A stretch of 44,933 bases of DNA, taken from Solirubrobacteraceae bacterium (GTDB taxonomy: Bacteria; Actinomycetota; Thermoleophilia; Solirubrobacterales; Solirubrobacteraceae). The translations under genes and the position numbers were made by a program. The notes beneath the pieces are model-generated. The model was not told where the DNA came from and did not search any database. It saw only the letters and a list, made by a program, of their open reading frames with translations. The stretch covers positions 1-44,933 of the forward strand of contig JAWVGK010000391.1 in the NCBI GenBank assembly GCA_033855155.1, given 5' to 3'. Of this stretch, positions 9,494 to 21,399 are shown piece by piece; within the stretch, counting starts at the first letter, position 1; every line of letters starts with the position of its first letter.

Positions 9494-11229
9494 CTACTTC
9501 TTGAAGCCCATGTCCTGGTACCTCGGGGTCTTGAAGCCGAAGGCGCCGACGTTGACGACGTTGTCGCTGACGGCGATGTTCTGCGGACGCTGGAACAGGA
9601 CCAGGGAGTGGACCTCGTTCCAGATCAGCTTGTCCGCCTGGTTGGCGAGCTCGCGGCCCTTGGCGACGTCGACCTGCTCCTCGGCGCTGGACAGCAGCTT
9701 GTCGATCGCCGGCGACCCGATCCGCGCGAAGTTCTGCTGGACCTGCAGCTCGCCCTTGGCGTCCTTCTTCGGCTTGACGTAGATCGACTTGTTCGGCGAG
9801 ATCGGAAACGCGTTGCCGATGAACGAGAACACGGTCAGGTCGAAGTTGCCGGGGATGATGTAGTCGTCGAAGAACGGGTCGCTGGGGACGGTCTTGATGA
9901 CGATCTGGATGCCGACGTCCTTCGCCATCGCCTGCGCGAGCTCGGCCTCCTGGCGGCTGGCGGGGACGCCGCTGGGGATCACGAAGGTCAGCTTCAGCGG
10001 CTTGCCGGCCTTCTTGCGAAACGCGCCGCTCTGCTTCCAGCCGGCGCCGTCGAGCAGCGTCCTCGCCCGGGCCGGATCGAACTTCGCGAACTCGCCGGCA
10101 TTGTCGACGTAGCCCTTCTGCGTGTTGACGAAGAAGTGGTTGTCCATCGTCACCGCCGGCCAGTTCAGCCCGGTCAGGTCGGACCTGGCGATGACCGCGC
10201 GGTTGATCGACAGCGCCAGCGCGCGGCGCACCTGGACGTCCTTGAGCACCGTGCTCGTGCCGTTGAGCGTGAACTGCCGGAAGTCTGGCCCGCCGGCGAC
10301 GCGCACGCCTCCGCCCTGCGTGTTCGTCGCGCGCTTGACGAGGCTCGCGTCCGCGCCGATGTTCACGCGGTCGACCTCGCCGTTGGCGAACGCGTTGACC
10401 TGCGCCTCGAGCTCGGGCGAGTTGTAGGCGATCGCGTCGAGCTTCGCCGCCTTGCCCCACCACCTGGGGTCGCGCACGATCCGCAGCGACTGCGCCGACT
10501 TGTCGAGCTTGTCGACCTTGAACGGTCCCGCCGTGACCGGGATGTGGTCGAGGTAGGACGTGTTGAAGTGCTTGGGCGTGTCGTCGGCCTGCTTGGGATA
10601 CAGCGGCGTGAAGAGGGACTGCCACTCGCCGAACGGGCGCGCGAACGTGATCACGACCTCGAACTGGTCGGCCCCCGCCTTGACGCTCGAGATGCGCTCG
10701 TAGCCGGTCGAGCTGCCGATGCTGTAGGCGCTGTCCTTGCCGCTGAGCGCCTTCGCTTGCGCGGCGAAGTCCTGCCACGTGATCGGCCGCCCGTCGGACC
10801 ACTTGGCCTTCGGGTTGAGCTTCAGCGTGACGACCTGTGGTGAGGTCGACACGTCGAAGGACGCGACGTAGTCGGGGTTGGCGGTGACGGTCGTGTGCTC
10901 GTCGGCGACGAACAGGATCGGCAGCGTCGCGTAGACGACGTCGAAGGTGGCCTGCGTCTGCCCGTCGACCTGGTTGTAGTTCCACTGCGAGGAGAACTGG
11001 TCCAGCGGCCAGCGCATCGTGCCGCCGTCCTTGACCTGGTCGCGCGGCGTCGCAGCGATGTCGATCAGCTTCTGTGCTGTGGCCTTCTGCCCCGCAGACG
11101 GCGTGCTGCCCTCCTTCGCCCCGCCGCATGCTCCCACCGCCACGGCGAGCGCGACGAGGCTTGCGGTTACGGCGGCACGGCATCCGATGAACACGCGTTC
11201 TCCCAACTGTCGGTGCGACGCAGCGTTCC

Positions 11230-11233
<4 letters not shown>
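9494..11233 (-). CDS. ABC transporter substrate-binding lipoprotein, peptide/nickel (family 5) type
   Basis: Signal peptide with lipobox (LVALAVAVGAC) followed by a long family-5 SBP-like body. The GTG start overlaps the upstream ATPase stop as GTGA (11230-11233). Confidence 0.9.
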
Positions 11234-13304
<2,071 letters not shown>

Positions 13305-13308
<4 letters not shown>

Positions 13309-14237
13309 CGGCCGCGGGAGGTCGGGTCGATCGCGTCGCGCAGGCCGTCGCCGACGAGGTTGACCGCGAGCACGATCGCCACCAGCAGGCCGCCGGCGAA
13401 CCAGAACAGCCACGGGAAGGTCACCGCCGAGTTCGTGCCGGCGGCGATCAGCGTGCCGAGCGACACGTCCGGCGGCTGGACGCCGAAGCCGAAGTACGAC
13501 AGGCCCGTCTCGGCGACGATCGCCGCGCTGACCTGGATCGTCGCGTCGACGATCAGCAGCGAGGAGATGTTCGGCAGGATGTGGCGCATGATGATGCGCG
13601 GCGTCGAGACGCCCATGTAGCGCGCGGCGAGGACGTACTCGCGCTCGCGCAGCGAGATCGTCATGCCGCGCACGATGCGCGCGGTCACCATCCACAGGAA
13701 GGCGGCCAGCAGGCCGACGAACAGCAGCCACGTCTTGCCGCGAAAGCTCGGCGACAGGATCGCGACGATGAGAAACGCCGGGATCACGAGCAGCAGGTCG
13801 ACGACCCACATCAGCACGCGGTCGACCCAGCCGCCGACGTAGCCCGCGAACGCGCCGACGAGCGCCGCGAGGCTCGTCGAGATCAGCGCGACCAGCAGGC
13901 CGATGATCAGCGACTTCTGCATGCCGCGCATCGTCCGCGCGAAGACGTCGGCACCGGTCTTCGTCGTCCCGAACCAGTGCGACGTCGACGGCGGCTGCTG
14001 GAAGGCGTTGTAGTCGAGCTCGGTGTAGCCCCACTGCCCGACGTGGGGGCCGGCGAAGGCGAGCAGGAACAGCAGCGCGATCGCGACGAGCCCGGCGAGC
14101 GCGAGCCGGCGCCGGACGAAGCGCCGGCCGATCAGCCCGAGCCGCGAGGCCGCGCGCGTCTCGTCCAGCGGCGCGCGGTCGCCCGCCCCGCCCTCGTGGC
14201 CGAGGACGACGTTCATCGCATCGCTCGGGACGGACAT
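13305..14237 (-). CDS. ABC transporter permease (DppC/OppC-like)
   Basis: Track ORF of 310 aa with multiple TM helices. The EAA-type loop region reads REREYVLAARYMGVSTPRIIMRHILPN. Confidence 0.9.
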
Positions 14238-14265
14238 CAGTCGGTCGCTCGCGAGCGGCTCGCCA

Positions 14266-15249
14266 TCAGTCGACCCTCACGCGCGGGTCCAGCAGCGCGT
14301 ACGCGACGTCCGACAGCAGTCCGGCGATCAGCACGAGCAGCGCGGCGAAGCACGTGACCGCGGCGACCGCGTTGATGTCGCTCTCGGTGATCGAGTCGAC
14401 GAACCACTCGCCCATGCCATGCCAGCCGAAGATCTTCTCCGTGAACGTCGCGCTGACGAGCAGCAACCCGAAGCTGTACACGAACAGCGTCGCCGAGGGG
14501 ATCAGCGCCGTCCGCAGGGCGTGCTTGAAGAGCGCGTCGCGACGGCGCAGGCCCTTGGCCTGGGCGGTACGCACGTAGTCGCTGCCGAGGACGTCGAGCA
14601 TCGCGCTGCGCTGGTAGCGGCTGATGATCGCCAGCTGCGCGAGGATCAGCGTGAACGTCGGCAGGACGAGGTGCTGCACGCGGTCGGCGAGGTGCGTGAA
14701 GAAGCCGCCCTGCAGGCCGGGCGAGACGTCGCCGGTGTACTCGAAGAACTTCGCGCCGATGGCGTTGTTGAAGCCGATCGCGACGACCTCCAGCAGCACC
14801 GCGAGGACGAACACCGGCGTCGACAGGACCGCGAACGACAGCAGCGTGATCGCGTGGTCGGAGACCTTGTACTGGCGCACCGCGCTCCATGCGCCGGCGA
14901 GCACGCCGAGCAGCCCGCCGACGATCGTGCCGATCAGCAGCAGCCGCAGGCTGACGGCGATCCGCCGGCCCATCTCCGCGTTGACCGAGCCGCCGTTCCA
15001 CGTGCGACCGAAGTCGCCGTGCACGACGCCACCCGCCCACCTCCCGAAGCGCTGGAGGATCGGCGTCTTGTCGTTGATGTTGCGCGCGGTCAGCAGCGCG
15101 TCGGTGACCGCCGCCGGCGGCGGCGGGTTGCGCCCCTCGTAGTGCGAGCGCGGCTTCAGGCTGACGCCCGCGAGGACGTACGCGAGGCTCGTCGCGATCA
15201 TCACGAGGATCAGCGAGTTGAGCAGCCGTCGCAGCAGGAACTTCGTCAA
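14266..15249 (-). CDS. ABC transporter permease (DppB/OppB-like)
   Basis: The family-typical N-terminus LTKFLLRRLLNSLILVMIATSLAYVLAG begins at a TTG (complement of 15247-15249). Also DYVRTAQAKGLRRRDALFKHALR. The Arg-rich track extension to 15516 looks non-coding. The start is uncertain; an alternative ATG lies at 15441. Confidence 0.85.
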   Translation of the reverse strand: MTKFLLRRLLNSLILVMIATSLAYVLAGVSLKPRSHYEGRNPPPPAAVTDALLTARNINDKTPILQRFGRWAGGVVHGDFGRTWNGGSVNAEMGRRIAVSLRLLLIGTIVGGLLGVLAGAWSAVRQYKVSDHAITLLSFAVLSTPVFVLAVLLEVVAIGFNNAIGAKFFEYTGDVSPGLQGGFFTHLADRVQHLVLPTFTLILAQLAIISRYQRSAMLDVLGSDYVRTAQAKGLRRRDALFKHALRTALIPSATLFVYSFGLLLVSATFTEKIFGWHGMGEWFVDSITESDINAVAAVTCFAALLVLIAGLLSDVAYALLDPRVRVD

Positions 15250-15282
15250 GGGCAGCTCATCGTGACAGGCGGCGGCGCGGGC

Positions 15283-15357
15283 GGGCGTCGCTGCCGGGCT
15301 TGCGCCCCGCGGGTTGCCGCGGCGGCGGCAGCGGCGCCGCGAGCCCAAGCGACGCCC
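15283..15357 (-). promoter_or_regulatory. 75-nt G+C-rich imperfect hairpin in the leader of the ABC operon
   Basis: GGGCGTCGCT (15283-15292) is the perfect reverse complement of AGCGACGCCC (15348-15357). Inside it, GGGCT pairs with AGCCC, and a CCGCGG/CCGCGG palindrome pair is present. Confidence 0.35.
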
Positions 15358-15546
15358 TCTCGGCAGATGACGAGCGACCCCGCTGCTGGTCAGCGGTGGA
15401 TGGTGTCGCCGTGCCAGTAACGACAGCGCGAGGAGCGACATCTCGTCAGTGACCGTGAAGCGAAACGGCACAATCGGCTTTATGTCCAGAACACAGCTAT
15501 GTGTGACCGGTGGCACTCATACGTAATGCAAACATGGTGAGGATGC

Positions 15547-16875
15547 ATGGATGCCTCCTCGCCCTCAGAACGTCGCGTCCTGTCCATGAACAGCATCCGG
15601 CATCAGTCACGAGCCGGCGGGCGCGCGAATCCTTTTCGCGTGAGCCACCACGCGACCGCGCCGCCCGGGATTCGGTCGTTCAACCAGCTCAAGACGCTCG
15701 AGCGAGACCGTCCGGTGGTGACGCTGTTCAGCGGAGGTCTCGACAGCACCTACCTCTTGCTGCGCCTTCGCGAACTGGGGTTCTCCTCGGTGCACGCGAT
15801 GAGCGTCGACCTCGGCGACTGCGAGTCCAGCGACCACAAGCGCGCGCTCGCGCGGGCACTCGGTGTCGAGCTACATATCTTCGACCGGCGGGCGATCTTC
15901 GCGCGAGACTACGTCCTACCCGCGATCGCCGCACAGGCGGTCTACCTGGGAGTCCATCCGATCAGCTCCTCGCTGAGCCGGCCGCTCATCGCCAGCGCGG
16001 CGATAGAACTCGCCGACGCGCTCGCAGCGGACACGATCATCCACACCGCGAACCGCTCGCAGAACACGCTGCGCCGACTCAACGGGGCGCTCGGCCAACT
16101 CGGGTTCTCCGGAAGCTATGGCAGCCCGTACGACCTCGAACCCGTCGATCGCGCCCGCAAGATCGCCCTGCTCAGCGACGCAGGCGTGAACTGCCTCAGC
16201 GACCGCTCGGTAAGCGGCGACTCCAACCTGTGGTGTCGCGAGTTCGAATCGGGGCTGCTCGACGACCCGGAGAGCCATGCCTCACCCGAGGCGATGTACG
16301 CCTGGAGCGCCACGGTCCCCGCCGATGACTGTGTCGACATCGAAGTCGGCTTCGAGCGTGGCATCCCGGTTTGCGTCGACGGGATGCGCATGGCGCCGGT
16401 GGAGCTCATCGCCACGCTGAACTACGAGGTCGGCAGGCACGGCCTCGGTCGCTACACCGGGCTAGAGCACCTCGAAGGCGGACAGAAGGTGCTCGAGGTT
16501 CGCGAGATGCCGGCCGCCTGGCTGCTGCTCGGCTCGTTCCGCCACCTCGAGAGCGCCTGCGTCGACGCCGAGACGATCCGCGAGAAGCTGCACATCGAGC
16601 AGCTCTGGGTCCGCGAGGCCATCGAGGGCCGCTGGTTCGGTGGATTGCGTCGCGCCCTGCAGTGCTTCGTGGACTCGTGCGCCGCCCGGGTCTCCGGCTC
16701 GGTCACGTGGAGGCTCGCCAACGGCCGCGCGACAACCCGATCGATCGTCGCAGCGCATCCGCTCTACGTCACCAACCGCGAGAGCTGGGAGGCCGACTCC
16801 ATCGCGGCCGAGTCCGGAGCCTTCCGCTCGCCATCAGTCACCAACCACCACGGGACAATTCATGCTCTTCACTAG
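15547..16875 (+). CDS. Argininosuccinate-synthase-family (ArgG-like) ATP-dependent ligase paralogue
   Basis: PP-loop VVTLFSGGLDSTYLL. ArgG-like blocks: IIHTANRSQNTLRRL (compare HGATGKGNDQVRFE), SNLWCREFESGLLDDPE, and GIPVCVDGMRMAPVELIATLNYEVGRHGLGRYTGLEHLEGGQKVLEVREMPAAWLL. The long N-terminal leader makes the start uncertain; an alternative Met is at MNSIRH. Confidence 0.8.
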   Translation: MDASSPSERRVLSMNSIRHQSRAGGRANPFRVSHHATAPPGIRSFNQLKTLERDRPVVTLFSGGLDSTYLLLRLRELGFSSVHAMSVDLGDCESSDHKRALARALGVELHIFDRRAIFARDYVLPAIAAQAVYLGVHPISSSLSRPLIASAAIELADALAADTIIHTANRSQNTLRRLNGALGQLGFSGSYGSPYDLEPVDRARKIALLSDAGVNCLSDRSVSGDSNLWCREFESGLLDDPESHASPEAMYAWSATVPADDCVDIEVGFERGIPVCVDGMRMAPVELIATLNYEVGRHGLGRYTGLEHLEGGQKVLEVREMPAAWLLLGSFRHLESACVDAETIREKLHIEQLWVREAIEGRWFGGLRRALQCFVDSCAARVSGSVTWRLANGRATTRSIVAAHPLYVTNRESWEADSIAAESGAFRSPSVTNHHGTIHALH

Positions 16876-17578
16876 CGAATGCGCCGTCACCACCGTCGAC
16901 TCGCTCGCGCACCGCGGCTTCGCCTTCGTCGACCCCGACCCCATGCTCTCGCAAGGGTCCGGCTGGTCGCAGCTCGCGACGACCTGGGACGACCTGCGAC
17001 TGGACACGTACATGGCCGACGGCGGAACGTATCGCTACCGGCGCTACGGGCGGCTCACGTTGAACAGCACCACCGGGGAGCTCACCCCCCTACCCGACAG
17101 CCCGTACCGCCAGGAGACCGACCACAACCCGCTCAACGGGGGGATCGACCGCCACTTCGCGCCGTTGACCGACGGCTTCGTCCGGAGCACGGTTCTGGCG
17201 CAGGTCCTTCGCGAAATGGGCGGCTGGTACTGCCAGCTGACCGGATGCGACAGCTGGGAGATCATGCTCCACCAGAATCGGATCATCGCGCGCACGGGTC
17301 AGCCCGGTCAGCCGGCGCCGGAAGGGCCGCATCGCGACGGCGTGACCTACATCGGCACCATGCTCGTCAATCGTCTCAACGTCGACGGCGGTGAGAGCAG
17401 GGTCCACGATGGCGACGGCAGAGTCGTGCACGCCCAGACCCTGAGCACGCCCGGCGACCTGCTCGTGGGCGACGACGTCCGCACCCTGCATTCGGTGACG
17501 CCCGTGGTGCCGGTGGACCCCGAACGGGAGGGACACCGCGACGTCCTGGTGATCGGCTTTACCGCGGCCAGCGTGTGA
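16862..17578 (+). CDS. 2OG-Fe(II) dioxygenase of the PF10014 (isoleucine-dioxygenase-like) type
   Basis: In frame within track ORF 16640..17578. The ATG at 16862 overlaps the ArgG-like stop. HxD motif at PEGPHRDGVTYIG, with a distal His in RTLHSVTPV. Confidence 0.75.
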   Translation: MLFTSECAVTTVDSLAHRGFAFVDPDPMLSQGSGWSQLATTWDDLRLDTYMADGGTYRYRRYGRLTLNSTTGELTPLPDSPYRQETDHNPLNGGIDRHFAPLTDGFVRSTVLAQVLREMGGWYCQLTGCDSWEIMLHQNRIIARTGQPGQPAPEGPHRDGVTYIGTMLVNRLNVDGGESRVHDGDGRVVHAQTLSTPGDLLVGDDVRTLHSVTPVVPVDPEREGHRDVLVIGFTAASV

Positions 17579-17582
17579 AGGC

Positions 17583-18497
17583 GTGCTGATCCAGCGCCGC
17601 TGGCTCGTTGACGGCGCGCTGCTGCTCGTCGCCGTCGTCTGGGGATCGAGCTACCTCACGGCCAAGGATCTCGTCACCACGCAGACGGTGCTCGCAGTGC
17701 TTGCCCTGCGATTCGGTCTGGGAACCGTCGGGGTCGCCCTGTTCGCCGGCGTGCGGCTCAAGGCGCAGGAGGTCAGGATCGGCGTCGTCTTGGGCGCGAT
17801 CCTCAGCCTCGTGTTCGTATTCGAGACGTTCGGCGTCACGCGGACGTCGGCGACCAACGCGGGCCTCATCATCAGCCTCACGCTCGTCCTGACTCCACTC
17901 GTCGACCGCGCCTGCGTTCCACGGAGGTTCTACCTCGCGGCGATCTTGGCGATGCTTGGCGTGGCACTGCTCACGCAGGGGAACGGGCTCAGCACGCCCT
18001 CGCTCGGAGACCTCCTCATGCTGCTGGCGGCGGCGGCCCGAGCCGTCCACATCACGGCGATGCACCGCCTGTCCGCGGACAGGCCCATCGACTCGCGCAG
18101 GCTGACGCTGATCCAGCTCGGCACGGTCGCGCTCGTGTTCCTCGTCGCGAGCCTCTTTGTGGGCGACGGCGTCGCGGATACGGCGGGGGCGCTGACGGTC
18201 GGCGGGTGGATCGAGCTGGTCTACCTCGCTCTCGCGTGCACCGTGCTTGCGTTCTGTGTTCAGATGTGGGCCGTGCGCAGGACCTCGCCCGCCCGTGTCA
18301 GCCTGCTCCTCGGAACAGAGCCCATATGGGCGGCGGCGGTCGGCGTCGCGCTGGCCGGCGATCGGTTGACGACGGTCGGCGCCGCCGGCGCGGTGCTGAT
18401 CTTCGCCGCTACCACATGGGGGCGGCGCCTGGAGGAGACGGCGCGCGAACAGCGGGCGCGCGGCACGACGCTGGACCCGCTTCCCGTCGTGGCGTGA
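17583..18497 (+). CDS. EamA/DMT-family transporter (probable exporter)
   Basis: 304 aa with about 10 TM helices. Typical N-terminus: ALLLVAVVWGSSYLTAKDLV. Confidence 0.85.
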   Translation: MLIQRRWLVDGALLLVAVVWGSSYLTAKDLVTTQTVLAVLALRFGLGTVGVALFAGVRLKAQEVRIGVVLGAILSLVFVFETFGVTRTSATNAGLIISLTLVLTPLVDRACVPRRFYLAAILAMLGVALLTQGNGLSTPSLGDLLMLLAAAARAVHITAMHRLSADRPIDSRRLTLIQLGTVALVFLVASLFVGDGVADTAGALTVGGWIELVYLALACTVLAFCVQMWAVRRTSPARVSLLLGTEPIWAAAVGVALAGDRLTTVGAAGAVLIFAATTWGRRLEETAREQRARGTTLDPLPVVA

Positions 18498-18682
18498 TCG
18501 GCGGCTCGCGACCCCCGAGCTAGCTCGCGCCGGATGAGCAGCGCTTGGCGGGTCCGGCCACCGACCCCAGCGAGCACCGCGAAGACCACGAGCGCCGCAG
18601 CATCAGCGATCACCGCGCGCGTAGGTGTGATCGACCGAGGTGGCTAAGGTGTCCCGAACCGTCGACTTCGAGGAGCAACGAG

Positions 18683-20227
18683 ATGTCCAGCGTCGATACG
18701 ACGGCCGCGAAGAGCGCCAACGGCCGCGGAGGCGGGGCCGAGATCCCCGTCGAGAACCCGGCCACGGGCAAGGTGATCGCGCACGTCGCCGATCTCGCCG
18801 CCGACCGCGTGGCCGAGCTCGCGCGCCGCGGCCGCGCCGCCCAGCCCGGCTGGCACGCGCTCGGCTTCGACGGCCGCGCGCGCGTGCTGCTGGCGATGCG
18901 CAAGTGGCTCATGGACAACGGTGAGCGCGTCGTCGAGACGATCGTCTCGGAGACCGGCAAGACGCACGAGGACGCGTGGATGATCGAGCTCGCCTACACC
19001 GGCGGCGCGCTGACGTACTGGGCGAAGAACGCCGAGCGCATGCTCGCCGACGAGGCGGTGGCGGTCAAGACGCTCGCGGTCACCGGCAAGAAGCTCGTCA
19101 CGCGCTACGAGCCGCTCGGGCTCGTCGGCATCATCGGCCCCTGGAACTACCCGATCGTCAACTCCTTCGGCGACGCGATCCCCGCGCTGCTGGCGGGCAA
19201 CAGCGTGCTCCTCAAGCCGTCGGAGTTCGCCCCGCTCACCTCGCTGCTGCTCGCCGAGGGCCTCGAGCACAGCGGCCTGCCGAGGGACGTCTTCCAGGTC
19301 GCGACCGGTCGTGGCGCGACCGGCGCGGCGGTCGTCGACGAGGTCGACATGGTGATGTTCACCGGCTCGACGGCGACAGGCAAGAAGGTCATGGCGCAGG
19401 CCGCGCAGACGCTGACGCCGGTATCGCTCGAGCTCGGCGGCAAGGACCCGATGATCGTGCTCGCCGACGCCGACGTCGAGCGTGCGGCGAACGTCGCCGT
19501 CTACTACTCGATGCTCAACGGCGGCCAGACCTGCATCTCGATCGAGCGCGTCTACGTCGAGGACGCGGTCTACGACGACTTCGTCGGGCGCGTCGTCGAG
19601 AAGGTCGGAGCGCTGCGCCAGGGCGCGTCGACCGGCGCCGGGACGGCCGAGGTCGGCGCGATGACGACGCCCGGCCAGCTGAAGATCGTGGAGCAGCACG
19701 TCGCGGACGCCGTCGCCAAGGGCGCGCGCGCACTGACCGGCGGCAGGCGCGCCGCCGGCCCGGGCCTGTTCTACGAGCCGACGGTGCTCGTCGACGTCGA
19801 TCACTCGATGCAGGCGATGACCGAGGAGACCTTCGGCCCGACGCTGCCGATCATGCGCGTCGGGGACGCCGACGAGGCGATGCGCCTGGCCAACGACTCG
19901 CCGTACGGGCTCGGCGCGTCGATCTTCACCGGCGACGCCGCCCGCGGCCAAGAGCTCGCACGGCGGTTCGAGGCCGGCGCGGTGTGCGTCAACGACGCGC
20001 TCGTGAACTACCTCGCGGTCGAGCTGCCGATGGGCGGCTGGAAGGCGTCGGGGCTCGGCACGCGCCACGGCGCCGGCGGCATCCGCAAGTACACCAAGCA
20101 GCAGTCGCTGCTGACGACGCGCCTGGCGCTCAAGCGCGAGCCGTTCATGTTCCCCTACAAGACGAGGACCTCGAAGCTGCTGTTCCGCGGGATGCGGCTG
20201 ATCTACGGCCGCGGCAAGCGCGGCTGA
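18683..20227 (+). CDS. NAD(P)-dependent aldehyde dehydrogenase
   Basis: The ATG at 18683 is preceded by AGGAGC. Matching blocks: ENPATGKVIA, GPWNYP, FTGSTATGKKV, and LELGGKDP with the catalytic Cys in NGGQTCISIERVYV. EETFGPTLP is also present. Confidence 0.9.
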   Translation: MSSVDTTAAKSANGRGGGAEIPVENPATGKVIAHVADLAADRVAELARRGRAAQPGWHALGFDGRARVLLAMRKWLMDNGERVVETIVSETGKTHEDAWMIELAYTGGALTYWAKNAERMLADEAVAVKTLAVTGKKLVTRYEPLGLVGIIGPWNYPIVNSFGDAIPALLAGNSVLLKPSEFAPLTSLLLAEGLEHSGLPRDVFQVATGRGATGAAVVDEVDMVMFTGSTATGKKVMAQAAQTLTPVSLELGGKDPMIVLADADVERAANVAVYYSMLNGGQTCISIERVYVEDAVYDDFVGRVVEKVGALRQGASTGAGTAEVGAMTTPGQLKIVEQHVADAVAKGARALTGGRRAAGPGLFYEPTVLVDVDHSMQAMTEETFGPTLPIMRVGDADEAMRLANDSPYGLGASIFTGDAARGQELARRFEAGAVCVNDALVNYLAVELPMGGWKASGLGTRHGAGGIRKYTKQQSLLTTRLALKREPFMFPYKTRTSKLLFRGMRLIYGRGKRG

Positions 20228-20232
20228 CGCGT

Positions 20233-21330
20233 TCAGAAGTACGTCTCGAGCCGCTCCGCGCGGCGCATGTCGAGCGTGATGCAGTGAAAGCCGCCGCCGT
20301 ACAGGCGCGAGTGCCTGAGCTCGACGGGGATCGGCGTGAGGCCCCGCAGCTCGAGCGCGCGGATCGTGTTGGTGCAGCGCGCGTTGATCAGCACCCGGTC
20401 GTCGCCGATCGCCAGCACGTTGGCGCTGATGTTCTCGCTCGCGAGCAGCAGCTCGCCGTCCTCGTAGACCGTCTCGTCGGTGTCGCAGACGCTGATCGTG
20501 TCCCAGCCGCGCAGCGCGAGCGGGAGGCGGTCGAGCTTGCCGTCGAGCGTGCGCGGGTTGACGAACAGCAGGCCGGGGCGCAGCGGCATCATCGTGGCGT
20601 CGATGTGGTCGGCCGCGACGCCGTCCACGACGTGGACGGTGAACCGCTCGCCGAGGTGACGCTGCAGCCAGCGCGCGCCGAGGCGGTGGTGCTCGGTCGA
20701 GACGTTGATGACGATGTCGGTGCCGAACCGCAGGCACTGCGCCGCGTCGAACATCATCTCGATCTCGTCGCCCCCTTCGCCGTCGCCACGATCGAACGAC
20801 GCGTCGCGCATGAGCGGCCGCGGAGCGACCGTCCACTTCGCGCCGCCCCTGAAGTAGCCCTGGAACAGCTGCTTGAGCAGGTCGTTCTCGAAATAGCGGT
20901 GCCGGCAGAGCGGAGGCGTCTCGATGATGTCGTCCCCGACGACGAGCGTCTGGTCGCGGACGTTGTGCGCGAAGTGCGTCAGCGAGCTCCAGTCCGGGGT
21001 GGCGACCGGCGCGATCGCGGCGAGCCGCTGCGGGCGCTTCACGGTGACGCCCAACTGCTCGAGCACGACGACGAGCTGCTCGACGTCCTCGCGCCGTTCC
21101 TGCACCACCCGATCGACGTAGGGGCTGATCGTCTCCGGGCGCAGGCCCGGACCGTGCGCTGCCTGCCCGTCGACCACTCGTCCCTGCGGGAGGTTGGCGC
21201 CGTAGAACAGCCGGTAGGAGAGATCGGCGTCGCCCGGATCCTTCGGCACATAGCCGTTGTGGACCTCGCCGACGATGACCTCCTCGAGGCGCCCCCACTC
21301 CGTAAAGACGTTCACGACGGATGCGCTCAT
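20233..21330 (-). CDS. Amidinotransferase (glycine/inosamine amidinotransferase family)
   Basis: Begins MSASVVNVFTEWGRLEEVIVG and ends with the catalytic-Cys region SRLYGGGFHCITLDMRR. I chose the ATG at the complement of 21328-21330. The track extension to 22533 is artefactual. Confidence 0.85.
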   Translation of the reverse strand: MSASVVNVFTEWGRLEEVIVGEVHNGYVPKDPGDADLSYRLFYGANLPQGRVVDGQAAHGPGLRPETISPYVDRVVQERREDVEQLVVVLEQLGVTVKRPQRLAAIAPVATPDWSSLTHFAHNVRDQTLVVGDDIIETPPLCRHRYFENDLLKQLFQGYFRGGAKWTVAPRPLMRDASFDRGDGEGGDEIEMMFDAAQCLRFGTDIVINVSTEHHRLGARWLQRHLGERFTVHVVDGVAADHIDATMMPLRPGLLFVNPRTLDGKLDRLPLALRGWDTISVCDTDETVYEDGELLLASENISANVLAIGDDRVLINARCTNTIRALELRGLTPIPVELRHSRLYGGGFHCITLDMRRAERLETYF

Positions 21331-21399
21331 GGCCCACGGCCGACCATATCCGCGATCACTAGGGTTCACCATCCGGCGACGACGAAGGAGGCGGGCACA

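Noticed and set aside
13309-14034. N-terminal 240-aa extension of the ABC ATPase ORF (track 11230..14034).
   Set aside because: The extension overlaps the DppC-like permease gene and is Arg/Asp-rich junk. A GTG at 13306-13308 overlaps the permease stop as GTGA and immediately precedes the first NBD.
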